Of a DNA stretch of 62,944 nucleotides, positions 1-11,000 are shown one piece after another (the first letter of the stretch is position 1; the number at the start of each line of letters is the position of its first letter). The position numbers were made by a program, and so were the translations under genes. The stretch comes from an uncultured Methanoregula sp. (GTDB lineage: Archaea; Halobacteriota; Methanomicrobia; Methanomicrobiales; Methanospirillaceae): assembly GCA_964503195.1 (NCBI GenBank), contig CAZCZK010000001.1:1-62944 (forward strand), read 5' to 3'. Under the pieces are notes generated by a model. The model saw nothing but the letters and a program-made list of their open reading frames with translations. It ran no database searches and was not told the origin of the DNA.

Positions 1-49
1 CATTCGGAAAAGTTCATACAATCCTCCAGGATTTCATGGTTTTTTCTGC

Positions 50-1537
50 TCACGGTGCAGCAGGCTGCTGGCTGCCATTCTTCTTCCCTTCATTCTCAAG
101 GCCGACAAGATCGCGGAACTTCTTCAGGACCGGCTCGATCACGATCTCCAGCAGCCGGGCCTTGTCCTCCACTTTCCCGAAATAGTGGAGCGGGAGGTTG
201 GCGGCTGCCATGTTCGGGTGGCCGCCGGCATCACCCATGTCCCCAAACGCTTCGGACAGGGCGTTGCCGATATGCAGGCGGATGTCGCGGTTGCGGGCGG
301 AGATCACGATCGCATTGTCGGTGATACCGTACACGAGCGCCGTGTTCACGCCTTCGAGCGTGATGAGAAGGTCAGCTGCCTGCGGGAGGGCGTCGCGGTT
401 CATCACGTACCCGACATTTGCAAAGAGGTACCCGCTCTGGATCTTCCGTTTGCAGATAGCAGCGCCTATCACGTCGAGGGTCTCCTGCGACATGGACGGG
501 GACATGATCTTGTCGAGCAGGTCGGCATCGGTCAGCGGCAGCAGGAAGCCGGCATAACTCAGGTCCTGCGGCGTGACATTGCGCTTGAACTCCTTCGTGT
601 CCGTGCGGATGCCGTAGAGGAGTGCGGTCGCGACCCGCTTGTCAACCGGTATGTCGAGCTCCTGCAGGTACTGGGTCATGATGCTTGCCGTGGCCCCGGC
701 ACCGGGACGGATATCAACGAAATTGCTCTGGCCGGCCGCGTGCTTTCCCTCGCGGTGGTGGTCGATGATGATGTTGATCTTCGTTAAGGGAGGGACATCG
801 TTGTTGGCACCCGGCCCTTCGCAGTCGACCATGGCAAGGTAGGTGCACTTCGCGAGGGCATCGGGGGTCAGGTGCTCCATCTTGATATCGAGCAGGTTGA
901 CGAACGTGCGGTTCTCCTGGTGGCCGATATTGCCGTCGTACAGGATACGGGTGGTCAGTGTTTTTGTATTGGCCTGTTTCGCTATCTCAGCAAGTGCCAT
1001 GGCAGAGGAGATCGCGTCCGGATCCGGGTTCTTGTGGGTGATGATCCCGAGCGTTCCCTCCCAGCCGGCCAGAAGGGTGAAGAGTCGCTGCGAGATCCGG
1101 CTCGCGTGCTGTTTTTTTACCTGGAGGACTGCCTGCCGTGCAACCACTTCCTGCGGGTAGAAGACAAAATCTGCCCCTGCTGCGGTCAGGTTCTGGCCAT
1201 TCACCGGGTCGGTCGAGCGGGCAACGACCTGCACGCCGGGATACCGTTTTTTGATAGTGCGGACTGCCGCGAGGTTCACATCGCCGTCTCCGGTCATGAC
1301 GAACGCGATCTCGAACAGGGGGAGTCCCGTGAGGAGGTCCGATGAGGTCAGGTCCCGCTGGTATGCGTCGAACTTCTGGTCCCGGAGGTTGCGGACACGG
1401 GTCTCATCCTTATCTGCCACGATCACGCGCTCGTGCTCTTTTGCCAGCTCGAGAATGATGTTGTACCCGTTCGTCCCGCACCCGAAAATGCAGTATTTTA
1501 CCGGTCCCTGCTGCTCAAACGGGGCTTCCTGCGGCAT
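50..1537 (-). CDS. TrkA-N (RCK/NAD-binding) domain fused to DHH/DHHA1 phosphoesterase
   Basis: N-terminal GCGTNG Rossmann motif; HKNPDPDA, IIIDHH and GGHPNMAAA DHH-family motifs. Start moved to ATG 1537 (ORF track gives 1579). Confidence 0.88.
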   Translation of the reverse strand: MPQEAPFEQQGPVKYCIFGCGTNGYNIILELAKEHERVIVADKDETRVRNLRDQKFDAYQRDLTSSDLLTGLPLFEIAFVMTGDGDVNLAAVRTIKKRYPGVQVVARSTDPVNGQNLTAAGADFVFYPQEVVARQAVLQVKKQHASRISQRLFTLLAGWEGTLGIITHKNPDPDAISSAMALAEIAKQANTKTLTTRILYDGNIGHQENRTFVNLLDIKMEHLTPDALAKCTYLAMVDCEGPGANNDVPPLTKINIIIDHHREGKHAAGQSNFVDIRPGAGATASIMTQYLQELDIPVDKRVATALLYGIRTDTKEFKRNVTPQDLSYAGFLLPLTDADLLDKIMSPSMSQETLDVIGAAICKRKIQSGYLFANVGYVMNRDALPQAADLLITLEGVNTALVYGITDNAIVISARNRDIRLHIGNALSEAFGDMGDAGGHPNMAAANLPLHYFGKVEDKARLLEIVIEPVLKKFRDLVGLENEGKKNGSQQPAAP

Positions 1538-1656
1538 GATACAGAAGATGTAGCACTCCACGGTATTAAGGGATTCCAACAGACGGACATGAAGCAGTCA
1601 CTCCTTTTTCAGCACGTATCCCCTACGGCAGCATGACTTTCCTGCCCGTCCCATCC

Positions 1657-1668
1657 AAAACCTTTATT
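1657..1668 (+). promoter_or_regulatory. Putative archaeal BRE/TATA promoter of tRNA-Lys
   Basis: AAAACCTTTATT about 35 nt upstream of the tRNA 5' end. Confidence 0.5.
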
Positions 1669-1703
1669 CGGCATCATCGACCACATTATCAGGCAACAGG
1701 CAT

Positions 1704-1777
1704 GGGTCTGTAGCTTAGTTCGGCATAGCGGCGGACTCTTAATCCGCAGGTCAAGGGTTCAAATCCCTTCAGGCCCG
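1704..1777 (+). tRNA. tRNA-Lys (anticodon CTT)
   Basis: Acceptor stem GGGTCTG/CAGGCCC; anticodon arm GCGGA-CT-CTT-AA-TCCGC; T-loop GGTTCAAATCC; CCA not encoded. Confidence 0.96.
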
Positions 1778-2115
1778 TTCTCTCTTTTCATTCTTATTTC
1801 TGCGAACGCTGTTCCGGTATCGTGAAGGTCTGATTCAACCGGACGGGAATTCCCTGCGTCACGGCAGGCTGGCGATGATGATGGGATTCTTTCCAGCGAG
1901 TCAGACAGAATGTTGTCATTGCCTCCCGCGACAACGGCGTGGGGATTTCCGCGGAGGATCGGCAGAACCTTTTTGTGGCAAAGGACCTGTGATGAGAGAA
2001 ATACCCCGCACCGTACGGCAACTCCAGTACCATCCAGGTATTTCCGGACCACGGCCGAGTATTGACCGGGGGATATTTATCTTCCATGGAAACAGAACAC
2101 TCCGGGAGTATTACC

Positions 2116-2688
2116 ATGAAGTTCCAGGGAAGCAGGACAGAAAAGAACCTCCTCGCCGCGTTCGCCGGCGAGTCGCAGGCACGGAACCGGTACAGTTTCT
2201 TTGCAAGCGTGGCACGGAAGGAAGGCTACGAACAGATCGCTGCGGTCTTCGAGGGTACTGCGGCGGACGAGCGTGAGCACGCGAAACTGTTCTTCAGGCA
2301 GCTCAAGGGCGGGGATGCCGAGATCACTGCGTCTTACCCCGCGGGTGTGATCGGGACCACAAAGGAGAACCTGGCAGCCGCAGCTGCGGGCGAGCAGATG
2401 GAGTGGGGCACGCTCTACCCGGCATTTACCGCAACCGCGAAAAAAGAGGGGTTCACGGAGATCGCACGCCTCTTTGAGAAGATTGCAGAAGTGGAGGCAC
2501 ACCATGAGTCCCGGTACAGGAAACTGCACGAGAACCTCCTGAATAAAACCGTCTTCAAATCCGAGATGCCGGTAAAATGGCACTGCCGGAACTGCGGGTA
2601 TATCCACGAGGGTAAGGTTGCCCCCGGAAAGTGTCCTGCCTGCGATCACCCGCAGGCATTCTTCGAGATTCTGGCGGAGAATTACTGA
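2116..2688 (+). CDS. rbr: Rubrerythrin
   Basis: TEKNLLAAFAGESQARNRY, ExxH diiron ligands, C-terminal rubredoxin-like CRNCG...CPAC. Start at ATG 2116 after a GGGAG RBS. Confidence 0.95.
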   Translation: MKFQGSRTEKNLLAAFAGESQARNRYSFFASVARKEGYEQIAAVFEGTAADEREHAKLFFRQLKGGDAEITASYPAGVIGTTKENLAAAAAGEQMEWGTLYPAFTATAKKEGFTEIARLFEKIAEVEAHHESRYRKLHENLLNKTVFKSEMPVKWHCRNCGYIHEGKVAPGKCPACDHPQAFFEILAENY

Positions 2689-2702
2689 ATTTTTTAATTT
2701 TC
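2689..2702 (+). terminator. Oligo-T archaeal terminator after rubrerythrin
   Basis: ATTTTTTAATTTT directly after the stop codon. Confidence 0.4.
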
Positions 2703-2941
2703 ACCCATTCATCCGATATTCGGGAGCGCATTGAAAATCCATGGCTGATGCGGGTTCTGGATCGAAGAATTCGTTCACCATCACATCAGGCAGAAACGTT
2801 CCGCGATAGCGGTCACATCATTGCAGCCAGCGCCGTGTTCGCGGGCTTTTCCCCGTATTGCCGGATGGCCATGATCAATAATACGGGAAGCGGCAAGGAA
2901 GGTAAGGGGATCCGGATCGAGTCGAAAAAACTACGGGAAGA

Positions 2942-3610
2942 TCACCGGATCCATCCCATCCGCAACCACCGCTCGTACTCTTCCGTGCGGAATTCCCTGT
3001 TCTCGATCACAAGGTCCTTGAAAAATTCCCGGTTGCCGGCGATCTCCTCCTCCTGCTCCGGGTCGGAAAAGCCCCCGGCAATCGCATCAGCGAGTTGCCG
3101 GCCCAGCGCCCGTGCCTCTGAATCGCGCGCATCCACCGCTCCCACGTCCCCACCGGATGCAACACTGATACCGCCCACAGAGATGATGCCAAGGTAATTC
3201 AGGACATGGTTCTGATACGCGACAACCCCGTCCCCGCCGGAGGTATGCGTGGTCGCGACCGAGCAGCCGTACTTGCCCGCCAGTAACTGGTAGTGTATTG
3301 CATCGGCGAGCCGGTCGAAGAAGATTTTCATCTGGCCGGAGATGGTATCGATGTATACCGGTGATCCGAACACGATCCCGTCCGCTTCCTTCATCCGCTC
3401 AACGAGTGGCATGAGGTCGTCCTCAAAGACGCAGATTCCGGTGAAGGAACAGCCCTCGCAGGCACTGCAGGGGGTAATGCGGAGATCACAGAGGTCGATT
3501 ATCTCGGTCTCTGCGCCACTCTCTGCTGCTCCATCGAGTACGAACCGGGCGAGCCTTCGCGTCGTACTCCGGACCGTGCGGGGGCTCCCGTGGATGGCAA
3601 GAATTTTCAT
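2942..3610 (-). CDS. Iron-sulfur flavoprotein (Isf-like, flavodoxin/FMN reductase family)
   Basis: GSPR motif, CSACEGCSFTGIC (CX2CX2CX5C), GSPVY...MKIFFDR. Confidence 0.9.
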   Translation of the reverse strand: MKILAIHGSPRTVRSTTRRLARFVLDGAAESGAETEIIDLCDLRITPCSACEGCSFTGICVFEDDLMPLVERMKEADGIVFGSPVYIDTISGQMKIFFDRLADAIHYQLLAGKYGCSVATTHTSGGDGVVAYQNHVLNYLGIISVGGISVASGGDVGAVDARDSEARALGRQLADAIAGGFSDPEQEEEIAGNREFFKDLVIENREFRTEEYERWLRMGWIR

Positions 3611-3727
3611 GGACGCGTCAGCACCCCATCTGGATTAGGATGGCGGAGGATATCATCGTAAAGGCCGGCCGGCAATCTCCCTAAAAAATGATTGGGCTCC
3701 AGGGAGCCTGCATGCCGGTAAAGGGAT

Positions 3728-4009
3728 TTATTTCCTGAAGCCCCGTTCGAGCCAGTCACCGGCAAAAGCACCCAGGATGAAGATGACGAGAAAGATAAAA
3801 ATCTCGATAAAGAAGCCGGGCACACCGAAATCACCGATGCCAAGACTTGTACCGCCGGGTACAAGGAACCGCGCAGCGAGCACGAAGATGATCCCGAGGA
3901 CAAGACCGACAACAACACCGTTCTTCAGGAGGGAGTAATAGTCTTCCTTTCCCTTGTGAAAAAAGCCAAAGGCAATACCGAGGATAAGATTCAGCAGTTC
4001 AAACCACAT
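3728..4009 (-). CDS. Small membrane protein (about 3 TM), unknown function
   Basis: 93-aa ORF with three Gly-rich hydrophobic segments, collinear with neighbours. Confidence 0.75.
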   Translation of the reverse strand: MWFELLNLILGIAFGFFHKGKEDYYSLLKNGVVVGLVLGIIFVLAARFLVPGGTSLGIGDFGVPGFFIEIFIFLVIFILGAFAGDWLERGFRK

Positions 4010-4133
4010 ACGAATGCTCTAAGGTTAGGAGGTATTGCGCCCCCTTTTAAAAAAAGGTTTCCAGACGTATCCTTTCGGGGGGTTGTAACCTAAAAGGACA
4101 TCCCCTTCACCGGGGCACGTGAATCCATCGCCA

Positions 4134-4484
4134 TCACGGGAGCGTGACAAACACCTGCAGCCATTTTTTATTCCCGAGAACCCGTGTCCGGTGCCCCTGC
4201 CCGGTCAGATCTTCGGCAAGCAGGACATCCCCCTTACTAAATATTCGTTTCTCACCACTCCCGACCTCAATCGCCGCTTTCCCGTCAATCGTGATAACGT
4301 ATTCCCGGCAGACAACATTGTGCCACGCGTACTCCCAGGTGGGCGGGATCTCACGGAAGAATACCGACTTGGCCGGCTCCGGTATCGTGAAGAGACCGAA
4401 GTCCCCCCGCGACTCGAACGGCACTTCAATATCCTCAAAATAAGACCGGTTATCCGATCCGGTGGAGAGCCTCGTTACTTTCAT
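4134..4484 (-). CDS. Cupin-fold protein
   Basis: WH...REYVITIDG...IEVGSGEKR..F..GDVLLAEDLTGQGH cupin-like pattern; GAGG RBS upstream. Confidence 0.8.
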   Translation of the reverse strand: MKVTRLSTGSDNRSYFEDIEVPFESRGDFGLFTIPEPAKSVFFREIPPTWEYAWHNVVCREYVITIDGKAAIEVGSGEKRIFSKGDVLLAEDLTGQGHRTRVLGNKKWLQVFVTLP

Positions 4485-4542
4485 GGGTGTTCTTCCTCAA
4501 GGCAGATGTGTGCCTCAAAAAGGGAAAAATGAATGCTTTTTC

Positions 4543-5295
4543 TCAGGGGGGCGGGAAGGCGTTGCCCGGCACCGCCACCACCCATGCATGGTCCTTCATG
4601 TTCTCCGAAAAGGTGCGGGCATCGAACCACATGGCATCGAACTCCCCGTAGTTGAAGTATGTGACGCCGTCTGCCCGGTCATCGTGGCAGTCGGCCGGGT
4701 CGGCAAAGAGGATCACATCATCCCTCACCGTTTCTGTTCCCCGGGTATCATAACCGGACACCACGACCCAGTGGCCGCCCCAGTCCATCCATTCTACTAT
4801 CGTGGGGATACCTGACTCCAGGTTCCTGCGCAGCAGATCCCGGCTGCCGCCCGTTCCCCACGTGGCGTTCCAGCCATTGCGCCGGAACCATTGCGCGATC
4901 TGGGCCGGGGTTATACCGGCCTTTTCGGAGACGCCGGGGTACATCTCGTGGGCGATCCGGACCTCGTCACCATCCGTGTTGTTGACCGCGATGCCATAGT
5001 ACGACATCACGGTCATGGCGGCAACAGCGCCGCTGGAGTAGTTCGTGACCTGCTGCCGGAAACTTTTCAGGGGAATAACGGTCCGGTTGTTGTCGGACTT
5101 CAGGGTGAAAAAATCAATGCCGGTATAGTACTGTGGCGGGGGCAGATGGGTATCCATCCCGTATTTCACGTCGATATCCTGTGCACCTGACACGGAAACC
5201 GGTACCAGGGCCGGGCTGGTGAGGATTATGGCTGCGGCAAGGACTGCGATGGTACCGAAGATTGCAACAATGATGAAGAGGTAGAACGAACGCAT
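4543..5295 (-). CDS. Secreted/anchored peptidase C39-like protein (catalytic Cys position is Ser)
   Basis: N-terminal hydrophobic segment; RQQVTNYSSGA, GGHWVVVSGYD and ADP match the C39-like layout. Confidence 0.8.
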   Translation of the reverse strand: MRSFYLFIIVAIFGTIAVLAAAIILTSPALVPVSVSGAQDIDVKYGMDTHLPPPQYYTGIDFFTLKSDNNRTVIPLKSFRQQVTNYSSGAVAAMTVMSYYGIAVNNTDGDEVRIAHEMYPGVSEKAGITPAQIAQWFRRNGWNATWGTGGSRDLLRRNLESGIPTIVEWMDWGGHWVVVSGYDTRGTETVRDDVILFADPADCHDDRADGVTYFNYGEFDAMWFDARTFSENMKDHAWVVAVPGNAFPPP

Positions 5296-5765
5296 GGTCA
5301 GGTAACCATATCTCCGGTTGTCAGTCAGAGGTATTCAAGGATTTTGGGGGGTGTTGTTTATAGGGAACTGCAGGTTTGAGAAGAACTCGTTGGACCCTTC
5401 GACATTCAAGCCGTTGCGTCGCCTGCGGGATCTTCCCTCACCAGTTCCTTTTCCCGTCCATGATCTTGGCAATGCCTTTCCTTTGGATCGCCCGGATATT
5501 CATTTTATCTGCATCCATGAAGACCGCTTGAAAGGGTGTCCCGTTTCCGGCACGCTTCTGCATCGCCGCATTCCCGGCGGGTGCACCTTTTTCCTGGCAG
5601 TATCCCGGGAGGAATTTTCTTGGTTGTCGTAAGAAAAGATATTTTTTTAAAAATTTACAGGAATGGTTACTTCAAGTCATACAGCTAACTGGTATATGGT
5701 AACCTGTTCCCTGAATACCGGTCGTGGTATCCTGGAACTTGGTAATCCAATCAAGAGGTAAAACT

Positions 5766-6035
5766 GTGGAAGCTATATCCTTTGAAGTCCCGCAGGCCTT
5801 TGTGCCTGACCCTATCCATATCCACATTCTCCAGGCAGTATCCGACAAGCAGGGTTGCCATATCGGTCATGTGGTTCAGCAACTGCTCCCCACTCACGGG
5901 GAGAGCGGTGTCAGATCCAGTATCCGTGTCTTACTCTCCAAGCAGTTTCTTGACGGGGGAAAATCCTCGAGCGAGATTATGCTCCGGCTGACCTCGAAGG
6001 GCCGGGTCCTTCTTCAGAAATCATCAGCAGACTAA
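5766..6035 (+). CDS. Small hypothetical protein, possible winged-helix DNA-binding fold
   Basis: GTG start after GAGGT RBS; helical core ending in LRLTSKGR (wHTH-like wing motif). Confidence 0.55.
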   Translation: MEAISFEVPQAFVPDPIHIHILQAVSDKQGCHIGHVVQQLLPTHGESGVRSSIRVLLSKQFLDGGKSSSEIMLRLTSKGRVLLQKSSAD

Positions 6036-6246
6036 TCGGCCCAAACCCTTCCGGGGACCTGCGGGAGTTCAGGCCTTCTGACGCGGTGTGCTTTCCATTG
6101 CCGGGGGTTTGCAGCGCGGTATTGCAGTCCCCGGTTTTTTGGATGCGGAAACCTTTTTTCAACTCAGGCAAAAAGGACAGTAGTCTCGAGCCCGGGCATC
6201 CTGCCAATCAAATCCCTTATGCCATGCCGGGCCGGATACTTATGGC

Positions 6247-6630
6247 ATGGGGCAGTATGTGAAAGGCGATGTCCTCCTTGTTTCGGTTGCTCTGGATGGC
6301 CGGGGCCAGCGGAAAACCCGGCCGTCCGTCGTGATTGGAACAGAAGAGCCCGACAGGATTCATGCCTGTCCGGTCAGCAGCAAACCGCCATCCGATGCTC
6401 CCTCGTTACCCATCTCCATCGACGAATTTTCCCAGGGCGGGCTTGATCTCTTCGGGGAGAGTTATGTGATGACCTCACGGGTGCTCACCCTCCAGAGCGC
6501 GGACGTGATCGGTAAAAAAGGCAGGCTCACCCCCGAAGCACTCGCGGAAATTGCGGGCCGGGTCCCGGCTGCCATGTACTCGGGACCTGCCCCGGCAAAA
6601 AAAGACCGGTACACGCGGAAGGAACGTTAG
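6247..6630 (+). CDS. PemK/MazF-family toxin (endoribonuclease-like)
   Basis: KGDVLLV...KTRPSVVI...CPVSS...ESYV...KGRL pattern of MazF/PemK. Confidence 0.8.
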   Translation: MGQYVKGDVLLVSVALDGRGQRKTRPSVVIGTEEPDRIHACPVSSKPPSDAPSLPISIDEFSQGGLDLFGESYVMTSRVLTLQSADVIGKKGRLTPEALAEIAGRVPAAMYSGPAPAKKDRYTRKER

Positions 6631-6807
6631 CCCGAAGGTATGGCCCTGCCTTGGCAGAGACAGGGGTGCGGGTGTGGTGATTTCCCCTGGCCCGGCAGGT
6701 TCTGTCTGAAACAGCAGGGTCAGTCACGCCGTGCAGAGATTTCCAGAAAAAAAGGATTTATCAGAATCCTTATCGAGAATGTCGTCCCTTCTGACCGGAC
6801 TATGCTG

Positions 6808-6847
6808 ACATGCCGGCATGTGCCGGAGGCGACCGGGTCACCTCCGG
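6808..6847. repeat. Palindrome plus inverted repeat between convergent genes
   Basis: Perfect 14-bp palindrome ACATGCCGGCATGT (6808-6821), then CCGGAGGCGACC-G-GGTCACCTCCGG (one mismatch). Confidence 0.6.
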
Positions 6848-6929
6848 ATGAGGAGATCCGGACTGAAACGGGCAGGGACATGCAGGTTCGTCGATCCCAT
6901 ACAACCCTGTCTGGTTTCCGTCAATCTGA

Positions 6930-7709
6930 CTACAGAGAGTAGGTCAGGAGGGCGAACAGGAGACCGGCGCCAATACAGTAATAGGCAAAGATGATGAAAC
7001 GGTTCTCCTTCAGCAGTCTCATCAGCAACTCGATACTGGCATAGCCGGTAATAAATGCGGTAACCGTTGCGACAGCCAGCGGCAATGCTGAAACCGTGAT
7101 GGCCGGCTCCTCCAGAAAGGTCAGTACCGATGCAATACTCATTGCGGGAATCCCAATAAGGAAGGAAAATATGGCAGCGTCCTCCGCTTTGATCCCAAGA
7201 AGGAGCGCGGTGCCAATAGTACTGCCGGACCGGGAAATGCCCGGGGCAACGGCAATTCCCTGTGCTATGCCGATAAGAAATGATCTTTTGGCGGTCATCT
7301 CACCATCGAAGGGTTTTGCTCTGGATGCGATGAACAAAAAGATACCGGTAACGATAAGCAGGCAGCTGACAAGAAACGGCTGATAAAACAATGCCTTAAA
7401 AAACGTTTTTCCGGAAAAACCGATCAGTGCTGTCCCGATACCTGCGATCACGATAAAGGAACAATAGCGCAGCGAGTTCCGGTCTCCCGCACAGATCCCG
7501 CCGAAGAGCGAGAGGAGGGTCTGCCGGAAATAGAGGATGAGTGCAACAATGGTACCAGCCATGATAACGATATCAAATGCGGCGGGAACAGAGATCCCGA
7601 GCAGCGACTGGACGATCACAAGATGTCCGGAACTGGATATCGGCAGCCATTCGGTGAATCCCTGGATGCATCCCAATAAAATCGCGTCCATGATGGATAG
7701 ATCAGACAT
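6930..7709 (-). CDS. uppP: Undecaprenyl/polyprenyl-diphosphate phosphatase (BacA/UppP)
   Basis: QGFTEWLPISSSGH and PGISRSGST signature motifs; multiple TM segments. Confidence 0.95.
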   Translation of the reverse strand: MSDLSIMDAILLGCIQGFTEWLPISSSGHLVIVQSLLGISVPAAFDIVIMAGTIVALILYFRQTLLSLFGGICAGDRNSLRYCSFIVIAGIGTALIGFSGKTFFKALFYQPFLVSCLLIVTGIFLFIASRAKPFDGEMTAKRSFLIGIAQGIAVAPGISRSGSTIGTALLLGIKAEDAAIFSFLIGIPAMSIASVLTFLEEPAITVSALPLAVATVTAFITGYASIELLMRLLKENRFIIFAYYCIGAGLLFALLTYSL

Positions 7710-8096
7710 GGGTGGTAAGTATTAATCAAAAACAGTAATAAGCCCTTTGAGAATGTAGTGGAGATTCACGGTCATCTGTGGTATTTGGATACCAGATCAA
7801 GCGAAGCTGCAATTTTTCTCCGGGAATTCCTCGATCCTCCAAAATGAGGGAAATTTCCAGTTGCCAAGCATCAGCACAATGTATATAGGGCTTGTTTCTA
7901 TAGGATCGTACGCATGAGAGTTCGTTTTTCAAAACAGGGTTATTTCATTGGGGTGTAATAACAAGGCTTTGCTTTTTATTAACAGAAATTTTTTTTAATT
8001 GCTAGCGGATTGGTGCAAGGCGCCAGTAGAATATTTTATATATATGTTTGAACAATTAACTATTCGTACCATCACGATTACAGTTCAGGAATCCGT

Positions 8097-11000
8097 ATGG
8101 AAAAGTATGATCAGGAACTCGACCAGATAAAAAAGCTGCTGAGAGGATCTGCAAAGGGACTCACCGTCACCGAGATAGCCCGGCATATCCACATGAACCG
8201 GAATTCTGCGGCAAAATACCTGGATATCCTCCTTACCTCCGGGCTGGTTGAGATGAAAACAGCGGGTTCCGCAAAAATATACTCATTGTCAAAGCGGGTA
8301 CCGGTCAGCGCGATTCTCAGCCTCTCATCAGATTACATCTTTGTTATTGATAACGATTCGATCATTACCTATGTCAACGATAATGTTCTCAATTTTGAAA
8401 AGAAAACCGCAGAGGAGATCATCGGGAAACCGGTTGATATCCTGCCCCTTGCTTTTTTTTCCGTCCCGGGTATCCATTCACTGATAACGGAGGGTATCAG
8501 CGGGCAGGAAATACTTCGGGAATTTGAAGTCAGAAAGGATACCAAACCATTCTTTTTCCGGGCGAAGTTCGTTCCGAGTCTCCTTGAAAATCGTAAAAAA
8601 GGACTTCTTCTCTTCCTTGAGGATATCACTGAGATCAAAAAATATCAGAAACAACTGGAAAAAACCGTTGCTGAGCAGGATAAGGAGCTGACAACATCAT
8701 ACCAGAAACTCACCAGTGAACAGGAGATCAGCAAGGAGGTCAAAGGCGCATATGAAGAGAGCGAGAGACGGTACCACAATCTGATCGAGCTTGCCCAGGA
8801 AGGGGTTCTGACCATTGACCCGGACGGGATAATAACATTTTCGAACCTGAAATCATCCGAGATCCTGGGGGAACCCGCAGAAGAAATCAAGGGCCGATCG
8901 ATATTTTCGTTTATCGATCAGACGAATGCAGCCGGATTAAAAAAGAGTATCACCCGCCTGAAGTCGGGACACCCGCAGTGTTTTGATTTGACGTTCAATA
9001 AAAAGGACGGGACTCCTGCCTACACCCGGCTGACCGCATCTTCCGGGCTTGATGAGAATGGAACATTTTCCTACGGATTGTTCCTCATTTCTGATATCAG
9101 TGAACTGAAAAAAGCTGATGAAGCGGTGCAGAAGAGTGATCTTCATTACCGCACTCTTATCGAGACCATGCCAAACGGGGTCATCACCATGAATATGGAG
9201 GGCATAATAAAAACCGCCAATATTCATGCCGCAAAAATGCTGGGGTATATCACAATTGAGGACGCGATAGGAAAAAACCTGTTTGACTACATTGCACCGA
9301 CGGATCTCGAGAAATGCACCAGTGCACTGAAACGTGCCACAGATAACGGTATTTACAAAAATACGGAGTGCACCCTCATATCCGAGGACAGTACCGGCTT
9401 CTGTGTAGAACTCAACATATCAGCTATACAGACAGAGTTCACGCAACCGGCCCTTAAAAACCAGGATACCCCGCCTGCCGTTTTCGTCTGCATCATTACT
9501 GATATCACGGAACGGAGGAAGGCAGAGTACCTGGTCAGGAAATCTGAAGAGAAACACCGGGCCCTTGTTGAGGGCATAAGCAATATCATTTTCACCACGG
9601 ATACCAAAGGTAAGCTGACCTATGTAAGCCCGGTCATCCAACAAAATTTTGGCTATGATCCCCGGGAGTTGGCCGGGAAGCACTTTTACATGCTTACTCC
9701 TCCTGATGAACGGTATAAAATCGGGTTGATGCTCAAGAACGCCCTTTCGGAAAAAACCAGCCCGGAAGAGTTCAGGATGGTGGATAAGACCGGGCATCTG
9801 CACAACGTGCGGATCATTGCGCAGCCATTCAAGGAGAAAGACAAGCCCGCGGGTATCAATGGTCTCATCGAAGACATTACCAACATGAAAAAAGCGGAGA
9901 TCAAGTTAAAAAAAATTGAACTCCAGTACAAGGCAGTTGTGGAAGACCAATCGGACCTGATCTGCCGGTTCCGCCCGGATTTTTCCATCACGTTTGTCAA
10001 CCCTGCGTTCTCGCGGTATTATCAGACACCGAAGGACATGATCCTCGAGAAGGACCTGTTTACCCTTCTTTCTTCGGAGGAGCAGAAGAAGATCCGGGAG
10101 ATCATCGGCAACCTGACCATTGAACGACCGGTCAACACCTTTGAGCATGAGAGTGTCTCAGGCAAAGGAAGCAGGCATTCGTACTATACAACAATCCGTT
10201 CCATCTATGATGTAAACGGCGAGGCAACAGAGTTCCAGATGAGCTCCCGTGACATCACCGAACTCCAGGAATACTATGAAAAGTCCCAGCGCCTTCTCGA
10301 GGAACTCCAGACCCGTCAGAAAGAGCTGGAGGCCCAGAATGACGAGCTCAGGATCCTGCGCCAGCAGGCAGAGCACTCGGAACGGGAATATCTCGACCTG
10401 TATGACAGTGCCCCTGCCGGGTATTTTACCCTTGCACCCAACGGGAAAATTATCCAGGTAAATCAGACAGGGGCAACCCTTCTTGGAAAAACCCGTGAAG
10501 AGATCCGGGATAGTTCGCTCCAGGATTATATTTCTCCCGAAAAACGTGATACCTTCCTCACCTTCTGCAAGCAGGTCTTCGGGTCAATAGGAAAACAGAA
10601 ATGCGAGATCCCCCTTTACCGGGCGGACACTGGAGAGCACCTGGTGATCCAGGCTGACGGCAAGAGAATCGAAGAGGAACCAGGAGCAGAGAACCGGTGC
10701 CGGATTATCATGGCGGATATCACTGACCGCGTCATGGCGGAGACTGCCCTGCGTGAGAGAGAAGACCAGTTAAAGAAGATGATCGAAGGATCCTCGGTGC
10801 CGATCTTCGTGATCGACAGGAACCACCAGGTTCTCTACTGGAATAAAGCGATGAGCGCCTGTACCGGCGTCAAAACGGGAGAAATGGTTGGCACCAGTCA
10901 GCACTGGAAAGGATTCTACACTTCCGACAGACCCTGTCTTGCAGATCTCCTCATCGATGGGGCAATCGATGAGATCCCACGGTTGTACCCGGATATTGCA

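Noticed and set aside
5318-5632. 104-aa + strand ORF and short minus-strand fragments
   Set aside because: No recognisable motif or RBS; may be a decayed gene, but I cannot assign it.
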